Positions 26,119 to 38,521 of a stretch of 64,000 nucleotides of DNA are shown one piece after another. The notes under the pieces were generated by a model, which saw only the letters and a list, made by a program, of their open reading frames with translations, was not told the origin of the DNA and made no database searches. The stretch is from positions 28,582,001 through 28,646,000 of the forward strand of contig OX597827.1 in assembly GCA_951406725.2 (NCBI GenBank), in the 5' to 3' direction. Both the position numbers and the translations under genes were made by a program. How positions within the stretch are numbered: the stretch's first letter is position 1; every line of letters begins with the position of its first letter. The stretch comes from Octopus vulgaris. Taxonomy: Eukaryota.

Positions 26119-26574
26119 CTATTTAATGGATTGATCAGAGAAAGGTATTGATCTATGTTATATTATTTTGATTCCATTCCTGCTGTCCGATATGATTTCT
26201 GCGGTAGACAAGGGAGCAGAAATGAATGTTAGACAAAGTCAAAAACAAAGTTTGCGCTGGCATGCGGTTCAGAAATTTGTTTCGCAACCACGTGATCTCG
26301 GGTTTAGTTTCAATGCGTGGAATATAGGAGACGTGAGTCATCACCTATATGCTACGAAGCTGTTTATGTTTTGTTTGATGAATTTGGGGGCCGGATTGTC
26401 AAAAGACTCCATACTGTGGCACCTGTTCTTTCTGCCAATCAGCACAAGTGTGCATTATGCAATAAAATGAGCAAATCTTTGCCGGGGCTCAAGAGTCATA
26501 CAAGGGATTCACATTGCATCAACAGTGACACATTTCAGTGATTCTTTCTAGCAATATATATATATAAAAGAGAA

Positions 26575-27280
26575 AGGCGGTGAGCTGGCAGAATCGTTAA
26601 CACGCCGGGCGAAATGCTTAGCGGTATTTCGTCTGCCGCTACGTTCTGAATTCAAATTCCGCCGAGGTCGACTTTGCCTTTCATCCTTTTCGGGGTCGAT
26701 TAAATAAGTACCTGTTACGAACTGGGGCCGATGTAATCGACTTAATCCCGTTGTCTGTCTTTAATGCAGTAAAAAGGATTTTTTTTTTTTTCATTTTTGT
26801 TAACCTTTATCTTAGAAAACATGTTTAACCCCCTGGGAGCAATAAAGAAATATATATATATTAGAGAGAAAGACAGCTATCTGGCAGAATCCTTAGTACA
26901 CCGGGCTTAGCGGTATTTCGTCTGCCGCTATGTTCTGAGTTCAAATTTCGCCGAGGTCGACTTTGCCTTTCATCCTTTCGGGGTCGATTAAAAAAGTACC
27001 AGTCACGCACTGGGGTCGATGTAATCGACTTAATCCGTTTGTCTGTTCTTGTTTGTCCCCTCTATGTTTAGTCCCTTGTGGGTAATAAAGAAACAGGTAT
27101 TTCATCTGCCGCTACGTACTGAGTTCAAATTCCGCCGAGGTCGACTTTGCCTTTCATCCTTTTCGGGGTCGATTAAATGAGTACCAGTTACTCACTGGGA
27201 TCGATGTATACGACTTAATCCCGTTGCCTGTCCTTGTTTATCCCCTCTCTGTTCAACCCCCTGCGGGCAATAAAGAAATA
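26575..27280 (+). mobile_element. Tandem array of three SINE family A units
   Basis: Repeated cores, each ending AATAAAGAAA. Confidence 0.88.
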
Positions 27281-27306
27281 TATATATATATATATATATA
27301 TTATTA

Positions 27307-27529
27307 TCTCTTATTATAAAAGGCAGATTTTATCTGCCTCCCTTTGTCAGTTATAGAAATCTACAATATAGGATTTCTTCAATTACAATTTACCTAGCAT
27401 TTTTAAGAGTAGAATGCATCGGGTCATGCCAGGTCCAGTTTTTAAAATTTCAACCCCAATTAAGCAAAATTTACAGAAAACTCACATTGTGGTGTATGAG
27501 TCAAATGCTTCTCTTAATGTGAGCTACAG

Positions 27530-27568
<39 letters not shown>

Positions 27569-28940
27569 AACGATCTCATTCACTCACGCTATCACTCATT
27601 TCTACGACTTTCTCTTTGCAAGTAAAGTGAAACTAATTCGATAAAACGAGAGAAGTGTACCTTAAACCACTACTAAAAAAAAAAACAGCAAACAGAAACA
27701 AATAAATACATAACGACTTACTCCTCACACAATTTCTTCAATTAGAGTGTACCCATGATTTTTCAGAGTACTTCCAGTGGATGATGCCATAAAAAATTTC
27801 TTTCAATTTTACCACCAATTAAGACAAAATTCGAGAAAACTCAATATTTTAACATTTCACTCCGAAAGCATTGATGTACATGTGTGCGTGCGTGAGTGTG
27901 TGTGTGTCATTCCTCACACACACGCATACACATACATATATGAGAGTGGCAAACACAAACGTTTCAAACAACTACATACAAACACGTGTGTGTTTGTTAT
28001 TAGTAAAAAAAGGCGCCAAAACACAACTCACTTATCATTCCAACACATTTGCTATAACAATACAGAAAAGGTAAATTGGTTTTTATTTTACTCTGTATAT
28101 ATTTTATTATATAATATTATATATAGATATATGTATATATAATTGCAGTATGAAACAGTGTTTATGTATAAACAGACGACACTTATATATAGTTATTAAT
28201 AAATGTATGCATCCGTTTAACCCTTTCGTTACCAAACCGCCCGAATTTACCTATTCATATTTAAATGAGAATATCAGAGTAAATCTCTTTAGTACATTCG
28301 TGAAAACACGTATTATACTTCGTAAAGAGTTCAACTACAGTTTTGTACAAAAATCGAAGTGTAATTTTAATTCCGTGAATTATGGGAGATTTTTTTCCGA
28401 AATTTGTTCCTATTGTGTTTTCAAAATTTGTAATTCTGACAAAAAATGGATACGAATTTCATTATATCAAGCAGCGAGTCAGAATTCGAAGGATTTTCTA
28501 CTGAAGACCTTCATAAATCTAACTCTATGACTGAAAAAAAAAGCATCTTTATATAAGAGTGAAGTTGTGTGTCTGTCTCCTACGATTTAGATTCCTAACT
28601 ACTCCCACATTTTGCGGTGCAGTTTAACCAAAAGCGTGTATCTTATAGTCGTGATTCATATCGAGCCCTTCTGGGTATTAGCGCGCGTCTACGATGAGTC
28701 TACGATTTAAAAAAAATTTACCATCATATTTTTCCATTTTAATGCATTTTTTTCGCTTTTATATAAGGGAAGTAACTCTCTAAAAATATCTACGATGTGT
28801 CCACGATTTAAAAAAAAAATTTACCTTAATTTTTTTCAATTTTTAATGCATTTTTTTCCTATTTTTTAGCTATAACTCTCTAAAAATGCTTATATAGTTA
28901 TTTCCCTTACAACCCGAGCAACGCCGGGCGATACTGCTAG
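27307..28940 (+). mobile_element. Non-autonomous Helitron-like element (composite; second 5' TC start at 28546)
   Basis: 5' A|TC starts, 3' CCCGAGCAACGCCGGG hairpin then CTAG|T, no TSD, internal tandem duplication of about 100 bp at 28688-28890. Confidence 0.75.
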
Positions 28941-28954
28941 TTATATATAAGAGA

Positions 28955-29190
28955 AAGGCAGCGAGCTGTCAGAATCCTGAGTACGCCGGGCGAAATTCTT
29001 AGCGGTATTTCGTCTGCCGCTACGTACTGAGTTCAAATTTCGGCGACGCTGACTTCGCCTTTCATCCTTTTGGAATCAATTAAATAAGTACCAGTTACGT
29101 ACTGGGCCCCTTATGCAATCGACTGAATCCGCTTGTCTGTCCTTGTTTGTCCCCTCAATGTTTAACCCCTGGTTGGCAATAAAGAAATAA
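28955..29190 (+). mobile_element. SINE family A
   Basis: Head to AATAAAGAAATA tail. Confidence 0.85.
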
Positions 29191-29199
29191 ATATATATA

Positions 29200-30900
29200 A
29201 AACAGAGAGTAAAATTGTATACGAATAAAAGAATAAAACAGCATGGATTTGGGTTTGTTCTTGCTATGCAAAATATATATACATGTATAGAGAAAGAAAG
29301 CAAAGTCTGAAAATTTTCACAGGATGAATATCCATGTGTAAATAAAAGAGATATTTATATACTAGCAGAGTACAAATGACAGAGAAAATGAAAGGAGATA
29401 TGGTGTTACAAATCCGAAAACTGTTTCTGGGGTTTCGGCGATCCATCATAATTGCTGGTAGATTTAGTTCACGAAAGTATGCAGCCAGTAATGGAATCAA
29501 ATAAACATTGGATAAATCGAGCCTCCTTCATCAGGGTAGAAATAAGATCTTACACTTCAGATCATGATGCTGGGAAGTTTAAAGGTGGAATGATTAAATG
29601 TAGAGAGTGAACAGTATCAGAGAGGGGAAGTAGGTGGCTCGGTGGAGGTGTGGGGAGTGTTAAAGCAGGGAAGGGTGAGAGGAAATAAGATAATCAGTTC
29701 AGGAAGATGGGGTGGGGGATTAGCAATCAGAGTATTAAGAGGTAGTAGTAGAGATGACAAGTTGGGAGGTGAGTAGGCGGGTTAAGATGGGTAGTATTTG
29801 AAGGGTGGTCAGATGTTGTTGGGTTTGTAAATAGATGTTAAAATTTAAGGATACTGGCTATAGAATTAGGGGACATTGTGACTGTGATTATTAGAGGGAG
29901 GAAAGGGTTTAACTAATAGATGCTGATAGCGTGGCTAAGAAGGAATTCATAAAAAAGCAATTGGGTTGCCGGCGGAGAGAGATTAATAATGTACGTAGGT
30001 AAGTATGAGAGAAGATACAGGGGGGGGTGAACACAGAGGGGGTAAGTTGGTAGTCAGGGCAGCAGTAGTTAGAGCTAGATGGTTTAGGCCGGAGAAGGAA
30101 TCAAATAATAAATGTGGCGTGGCGACGGATGGAGAGGACTGCGGTATGTAAAAGTGTATGAGTAAATAGAAGGAGGTGGATAGAGAGAGGGAGAAGGATG
30201 AATAGCAGTTGGATAGTTGAAAGTGGTTTTGTTTGAAGAGGAGATAGAAGATTGAGTAATTGTAAGGGGGTTGAGATGTGTTAGGTAGTAGAAATGTGCA
30301 AAATAAAAAATAAAAAAGGAATAATTTAGTAGAAAGGTTGGTTTTATTGGAGGGATAAATTGCTAGTGCAACGCAGTAATTCTTTAAGGTTATCCCACAG
30401 ATTTAACAAAATGGGCAAACGATGAATATAACCTGTGTTTACAAGAGAGTATTACATCTGAGAATCTATTAAGTAACGAGGGGGTTGTGGTTGCGAAGGA
30501 TGGTTAGCAACTCCCTTACACACAATTTACAAATGCCACGGGTAGTATTATATGGGTAGCCCCACATACGATGGACTGAGATAAAGTATAGGAAACGTTT
30601 GGGTATTTGAGGTGGTGTATATAAGTCGCTAAGAAGGTTGATAATTTACAATTTGGATTTCAAATCAGCAGTGCTGCGAAAATAGACCCTTGCTTTGTGG
30701 GAGCGTGGTGTTACTACTCGGCATTTATAGACTACGTTTTTGTCTCTAAAAAGGCAGAGATACGACACCCGATAAACGCAGGATTTCCTGCCTGCTCTAC
30801 AGTTAGAAATGATAGCTTGGAAGATCAGGTTTGTATGATCTGTTACCAGCAAAGAAGAACATGAGTTGTTATCAATAGCAGTGTTGGAATAACAGGAGAT
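29200..30900 (-). mobile_element. Decayed Penelope-like element 3' portion (GIY-YIG remnant plus long 3' region with HHR relic)
   Basis: CLFRDKNVVYKCRV..VYFRST, then STFLATYIHHLK..ICKLCVRELLTIL, typical of the PLE GIY-YIG domain; CTGATGA..GAAACAGTTTTC at 29412-29538. Confidence 0.75.
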
Positions 30901-31244
30901 ATCACCGCTTGAACATGTGGTTATATCGGTATTATAATGGCGCGAATATAGAACTTAGCGTAGATGCAACAATCAAAGTTCAAATCTTAAAACCCAATAT
31001 ATCATACGACTCATCAACAACCATTCGAAAACACGGAATATTTGCATAAATCTCTCAAATTGACTACATATATATTCTCAAAGCGACAAAAGCATTTTGA
31101 CACAAATTAAATTTGAATGTTGAAGTGAATCTAACGGTTTTGTATGCTTTTAAATGGCTTATAAACACCTTCCTCACTGCAATTGTTTTTGTTTCAGCGC
31201 ACGATCTCAGATCAGGTCACTTGCTATGCAACTACATCTCCGTA

Positions 31245-31651
<407 letters not shown>

Positions 31652-32192
31652 TGTGTGTGTGTGTGCGTGCGCGTGCTTAAAATTGCATCGGACGTATTTA
31701 TATGAATGAAAAACGGTTTTCAGATTCAAATTAAAATATCCAACTTGAATTTAATTCTTTCTTTTTCTTTATTTTTGTCTGCTTTTGTTTACCAATTGTT
31801 TAATACCTTTGAAATGGCAGGAATGATTAATTCACAGTTTGAATCCTTATAATTTTAAATACAAGAAAACGGAAAAAAATTCGAAATGAAAGAAGCAACA
31901 AAAAAAACTAAAATAAGGCCAGAAAAAGCGGAGATTAGTTTTTTAGTCAGATGACAAAAACTGTCAAAGACTTTTCACTCTCTGCCCAATTCTCTCACGT
32001 AATGCACAAATGCACGCACGCGCATATCACGAGCAGAGGCCCGCTGACACGTATATATACAACGAGCGTGTGCAAGCACACATGCTCTCATACGCATCTA
32101 ATCATATACACTCGTATATGCATGTGTCCGTGTTCACCTATAATTACATAGTCATATTTTCGTATATCTTATGCATGCACACACACACATAT

Positions 32193-32259
<67 letters not shown>

Positions 32260-32355
32260 ATATTTGTATTATGTATATATATATGTGTGTGAGCATGCAT
32301 CTATCTACCTACCTATCTACCTACCTACCTATCTATCTATCTATCTATCTATCCA

Positions 32356-32401
<46 letters not shown>

Positions 32402-32424
32402 GCGACACCTGCTGGGTCGACTAC

Positions 32425-32467
32425 GCTACATTGACAAAGGGCAAATACCCTGAAACGCGTCTGTAGC
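32425..32467 (+). ncRNA. Type I hammerhead motif with U3-A8 covariant core
   Basis: GCTACA TTGACAA AGGG-caaata-CCCT GAAA CGCG TC/TGTAGC. Confidence 0.85.
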
Positions 32468-32790
32468 TGTCTGACTGGCAGTGTGAAGCGGCTGACCTCC
32501 CTTGTTCGAAGGTTATAATGGACACAGTTTCTGTGTCAAATAGCTATCTTAAGGCGATGGCCTCATGGAGCTAATCAGCGACAGCTTTTAGTCTTATATT
32601 TATAAGACTGCCATATTAATATGGCGATAACAATTAATTTCCAGTAACGCTGCCGTAATCTCTTTTAGAGAGACTTAGTAATTTTAATATTTCTATTATA
32701 TATATATAATATTTATAAATAAGGATAATATCGATATTATCAAGTGGCCAGCATGGGAAAAAATACCGTGCAAAGGTAATAATTTTTTAC

Positions 32791-33061
32791 AACTAAAAAT
32801 AAGGGTGTCTGAGAGACACCACCATGCCGAAATAGCAGTCAAAACCCTGACTTTAAAAACTACGTTAAATGTTCATATCGTACCATGAGATAAGACAGAG
32901 GGACAAAATAGACTAGCAAAAGATAATATTTTTTGTTAGTCTATTTTGTCCCTCTGTCTTATCTCATGGTATGATATGAACATTTAACGTGGTTTTAAAA
33001 GTCAGGGTTTTGACTGGTATTTCGGCATGGTGGTGTCTCTCAGACACCCTTATTTTTAGTT
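32791..33061. repeat. Near-perfect 271-bp palindrome
   Basis: Arms of about 135 bp centred on 32926, 6 mismatches counted by eye, essentially no spacer. Confidence 0.92.
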
Positions 33062-33110
<49 letters not shown>

Positions 33111-33307
33111 ATATAATATATATAATATAATATATATATATATATATATATAATATAATATAATATAATATAATATAATATATATATATATATATACATC
33201 TAAATAAATATACATATATATATGTATATATGTATATATATATATATGCATGTATGTATGTATGTGTGTATATATATAGAGAGAGAGATAGGTAGATATA
33301 TAGATAG

Positions 33308-33340
<33 letters not shown>

Positions 33341-33927
33341 AACTGAAAGATAGACAGACAGACAGAGGCACATTTGGTGCTTTGTTCGGGATTATATCCG
33401 ATTTCTGAAGTATTTTAAGACGAGCGCTACAGCGGGTGGCCATTCAACACTTTGTCTGCAACTGCTGATAAGAAAACAGCTGAAATACTTTATATTCATG
33501 TAAACTTTAATTCAAGACGATATTCACGATATTTGTTTCAAATGAACTAGATTCCAACCATATTCTGTGCCACAGCGAGTAAGTTGCTCACATGCTACAA
33601 GACTACTTTTGGACTCTACAACAGGAAAATTGAAGGTCGTTCTAAAAATTCAAATCTGATAATTCAAAGTAAGAATTATTTTTATTTTATTTCTGCTTCT
33701 TACGTCACTATATTTTGATCGTCTGCCACTTTGAACGATTTGCAGGAAATGAATGGAAAACTGTTTTGGGCCTCATTAATGGTTTCAGATTTCCAACTGT
33801 AAGTTAAAGTATCGAAGACAAGATTTGTTAAAATATGATTTAGATGTCTTGCGAAGTCGCGTGGCATTACTGGTAAAGAGATTCGGCTCAATGACGGCGC
33901 GTTGTGTCCTTAAGCCATATGCCAGTA

Positions 33928-33969
33928 GGCTACTAACCCCAAGATTCCGAGTTTGATTCCAGGTAGTGA

Positions 33970-34037
<68 letters not shown>

Positions 34038-34221
34038 GTAATAACAATATCGAAAAATACCTGAGGAATGAGGAGCCAGGTTCGAAATTTCCCCAAGACA
34101 CCTGATGAAGGCTGCAGGGTATATCAACCGAAACGTTGTATTAACAGCAAATAAGATGAGGACAAAAGTCCGTCAAATGTAAATAATGTACATACTTTCT
34201 CATCTCTTAAATATAGAACTG
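33928..34221 (+). mobile_element. tRNA-like head + (AAT)n + hammerhead-containing tail (SINE-like chimera)
   Basis: Anticodon-arm-like GGCTACTAACCC, B-box-like GAGTTTGATTCC, HHR 34097-34142 GACAC CTGATGA A GGCTG..CAACC GAAA CG TT/GTATT. Confidence 0.7.
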
Positions 34222-34436
34222 CATATCTATCTTCATCTATCTATATATATATATATATATATATATATAACGTAAAGTGTACTAGCCATCTGAATGTGCC
34301 TAGCCACTGGGGGGTGGGTGTTACTGACGCTTTTAGCCCCAGGAGATCGACGTCTCCAGCTGGCCTTAGACACAATTTCAGTGCCTTTGTGTTATTTGCA
34401 AAGGGAGATCATCCTCCCTCGAAAACCTAAGTGATA

Positions 34437-34481
34437 CATACGGACTATAGTTTCAAGGTTTTTGCCTCTCATCAACGTATG
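34437..34481 (-). ncRNA. Type I hammerhead ribozyme motif
   Basis: CATACG TTGATGA GAGG-caaaaa-CCTT GAAA CTATAG TC/CGTATG. Confidence 0.87.
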
Positions 34482-34823
34482 GTAAACACCGGTTTTCGAT
34501 GAAGGAGACCTTTGCAAATAATATTTAACGTTTTTCCCAGCAACCATAGTCACTGATTTAGAAAAACTGTCTGAAAGCATTAATAAATCTCCGAACGAGA
34601 TATAAACAGTAACCGCTCGACAACGTAAAGTGTACTAGCCATCTGAATGTGGCTAGCCACTGGGGTTGGGTGTTACTGACGCTTTTAGCCCCAGGAGATC
34701 GACGTCTCCAGCTGGCCTTAGACACAATTTCAGTGACAATTTCTAAATCAGTGACTGTGGTTACTGGGAAAAACGTTAAATATTATTTGCAAAGGTCTCC
34801 TTCATCGAAAACCGGTGTTTTTC

Positions 34824-34868
34824 CATACGTTGACGAGAGGCAAAAACCTTGAAACTATAGTCCGTATG
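34824..34868 (+). ncRNA. Type I hammerhead ribozyme motif (second copy)
   Basis: CATACG TTGACGA GAGG-caaaaa-CCTT GAAA CTATAG TC/CGTATG; extended stem I spans 34783-34913. Confidence 0.87.
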
Positions 34869-35079
34869 TATCACTTAGGTTTTCGAGGGAGGATGATCTC
34901 CCTTTGCAAATAACACAAGTGCACTGAAATTGTGTCTAAGGCCAGCTGGAGACATCGATCTCCAGGGGCTAAAAGCGTCAGTAACACCCACCCCCAGTGG
35001 CTAGCCACATTCAGATGGCTAGTACACTTTACGTTGTCGAGCGGTTACTGTTTATATCTCGTTCGGAGATTTATTAATG

Positions 35080-35117
<38 letters not shown>

Positions 35118-35627
35118 TCTATCCATCTATCTATCCATGTGTGTGCGTGCTTGTGTGTGTATGTATATGTGTATATATGCATATGTGTATATATGCATTT
35201 GTGTATATTTGCATATGTGTGTATGTATGTGCGTAGGTAGGCATATATGTATATATGCATGTTTTTATATACAAAGACGTGTAGATTTTTGCCATAGATG
35301 TGGTGAATTTTAAATTAGTTATGGAACCTTTTGAAACTTTTTCCTTTTTGTCGTTCAGTTGAGAAAGACAGAAAGATGCGGGTGGCGGGGAAGAAGAGTT
35401 TGGAAATGTCTCACATACGAACAGCAATTCACTCTCTGCCGCGCGCGCTCTCACACGTGTGTGTATGTGTGTGCGCGCGCATGTGTGTGGACATGTTAGT
35501 GCGAGCGCGGACATGTGTGTGCATGGATGTGTGCGTTTTAGAGAATCTGAGTGAGACGTCAGTGATCTGGATGTAAAGAGTTGGTAGTGTAGAAAGAGAG
35601 GGAGAAAAGGAGTAACACAGACCACAG

Positions 35628-35658
<31 letters not shown>

Positions 35659-36099
35659 CCTAAACACACATAGTCACATAGGCAACGCATGACAGAGAGA
35701 GAGAGAGAGAAAGAGTGAGGATGAAAGACAGAGAGACAGAGAGAGAGAGAGAGAGAGGGCTGTCGGAGGGTGAGGTGGAAATCTTAATCGGTTTTATCAC
35801 TTTGTAGACGTTGCACGTTAGTTTTCTGCATGAAATCGTGGAAATAAAAGGAAATGAGATCTATAAACTGCTAAATCTTATCATTTCGCCGTCTCCGCTC
35901 ACCATTACTCACCTTCGTCACTAGTTCACTACCTCGACCTGCCTTTTTTCTCTTTCGTCTCTTTTACTTACTTTCTCATTGTTTTTCTTTCTTTTTTTGT
36001 CCCTTCAAAGAGTCTTTCTGCCGATTTTATATGAATATATCAGCTTATGCTTAACAATGCGTTTCTGCATAAGGAAAGCCACTCACGCACACATATATA

Positions 36100-36207
<108 letters not shown>

Positions 36208-36343
36208 TAGATAGATAGATAGATACATACATACATACATATATATACATATACATATTCATATATAAATACATACATATATATATATATATATATGTAT
36301 ATGTAAAAAATAAATATATGCATATATATGTATATATATGTGT

Positions 36344-36397
<54 letters not shown>

Positions 36398-36466
36398 ATA
36401 TACATATATATATATGTACATATATATAGATATATATGTATATGTATATATATACATATATATATA

Positions 36467-36564
<98 letters not shown>

Positions 36565-36827
36565 GACACACAAAGAAACTGATTCAGAGAATCGGCCAAT
36601 ACAAGAAAAACAAACGCACAGAAAAATCGTGATTAAAACAAACAAAAATATAAATACTCACAAACACCGAACAGATATATAGAATGAAATATACACAAAA
36701 CACACGCAAATTGCTATTGGGTCGTTTTGAAACGAAAGTTGGTCATAGGGCTGGATGATTATATGAAATTTATCTATCTATCTATCTATCTATCTATCTC
36801 TATATATATACACACATATATATATAT

Positions 36828-36884
<57 letters not shown>

Positions 36885-37466
36885 TATATACATATATAGA
36901 TAAGTATATATATATATGTATTATACGTATATATATAAATATATGTATATATATATATACATATATATATATAATATACATAGTATGTATATATGTGTAT
37001 ATATATGTATATATATATATCTGTATGTATATATGTAGCAATTAAGGACAACCACTTAATAAGGAAAACTTAACAAGAAATTGTCAGGTAGATAGCGTAA
37101 AAACCTCATAAGAGAAAAAATTTTTTCTCTTAAGAAATAATTATTTTCGAAATTTTTTCTTGTATGTATATATGTATATATATGCATATGTGTATATATG
37201 CATATATGTGTTTATATATATACTTATATCTGTATATATACTCTTTTACTCTTTTATTTGTTTCAGACATTTGACTGCGGCCATGCTGGGGCACCGCCTT
37301 TAGTCGAGCAAATTGACCCCAGGATTAATCTTTGGAAACCTAGTACTTATTCTATCGATTTCTTTTGCCAAACCGTTAAGCTACGAGAACGTAGACACAC
37401 CAGCACCGGTTGTCAAGCAATGCTGGGAGGACAAACACAGACACACAAACATATATACACAGATAC

Positions 37467-37534
<68 letters not shown>

Positions 37535-37537
<3 letters not shown>

Positions 37538-38521
37538 ATGTCACTTTCGAGTGCTACTGGTTACATGAAACCCAGTACAACCTATTGCATGGTCGGGTCG
37601 TCGGCGACTAAACCGGCAACCCCACCAAGCTTGCTTGGTGAGGAGGGTGTTTATTGGACCCCCTGCGGCATGAGGAACTCTTGGGAGTCAACAGCCATCC
37701 AATAAATGTCTGAAGGATAACTGAAATAAACTCGACTGTTCTCACAAACGATAATACTGAAAGTGAATTGGACCGCTCTCAAAAATTACGTGAAAAAAAA
37801 CCAGGAAAAATAATCCAGAATCCTTGTCCGGGAGCCAATCGATCCCAAAATCTAATCGGTATGTGCCAATCACGAGGCTAAACATCCTTGAAAGTTTCAT
37901 CCAGATCCATTCTGCGGTTCTTTAGATATCATGTCCACAGACAAACAAACAAACAAACACGACTGCATAGTTTCTGTCTGCCAAATTCGCTCACAAGGCA
38001 TTTATTGATCCACGACTATAATAGAAAACACTTCTCCAAGGTACCACTGAGATGGTGTTGAGAGGGTGTGGCATCAATGTGGTCACAAATGGCGAAGAAA
38101 TCACTTCGTCAAATCTAACGGAACGATTGATCAGTTAGACTCATTTTTCATCACCTTCAATGATATTCTTTTCTGCTCTAGGCACAAGGTCCTAAACTTG
38201 GGGAGAGGGAGAGGAAAATAATCGGACTGAATACCCGATCGCGCGATTAAACCATTCCTAGCCTTTGTTAGGGCAACCGCTAGGAGAAGGTAACTCAGGT
38301 AACTGGGATAACTCCGACATAAAACCTGCGGCTCAGTGGTTACCGATGATGTTGACTTGTTCTTCTTTTCGGATTATGGCTGCTGTTGCTTAGTGAGTGG
38401 GATTGACTCAGTGCACAGATTTTCCTCTCTTTAAAAAATCTTCTTGCACAGGCATTGCACGATAACAACATTGATTAAGCTTCGCGCAATGGCCATACTC
38501 GATAACGTGGGGGCAGCCACC
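37535..38521 (+). mobile_element. Non-autonomous RTE-related element interrupted by a local duplication
   Basis: RTE 5'UTR-like motifs GACTAAACCGGCAACCCC..GGTGAGGAGGG and GGGCAACCGCTAGGAGAAGG; (TA)n flanks. Confidence 0.5.
37721..38210 (+). repeat. Direct duplication of 41281-41743
   Basis: Colinear near-identical sequence; this copy has about 27 extra bp. Confidence 0.95.

Larger units (their letters stand above)
34269..35082. mobile_element. Retrozyme/PLE-type 353-bp non-coding unit: 1.3 tandem copies plus one inverted permuted copy
   Basis: AACGTAAAGTG at 34269 and 34622; inverted monomer 34735-35082; (TA)n on both sides. Confidence 0.85.
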
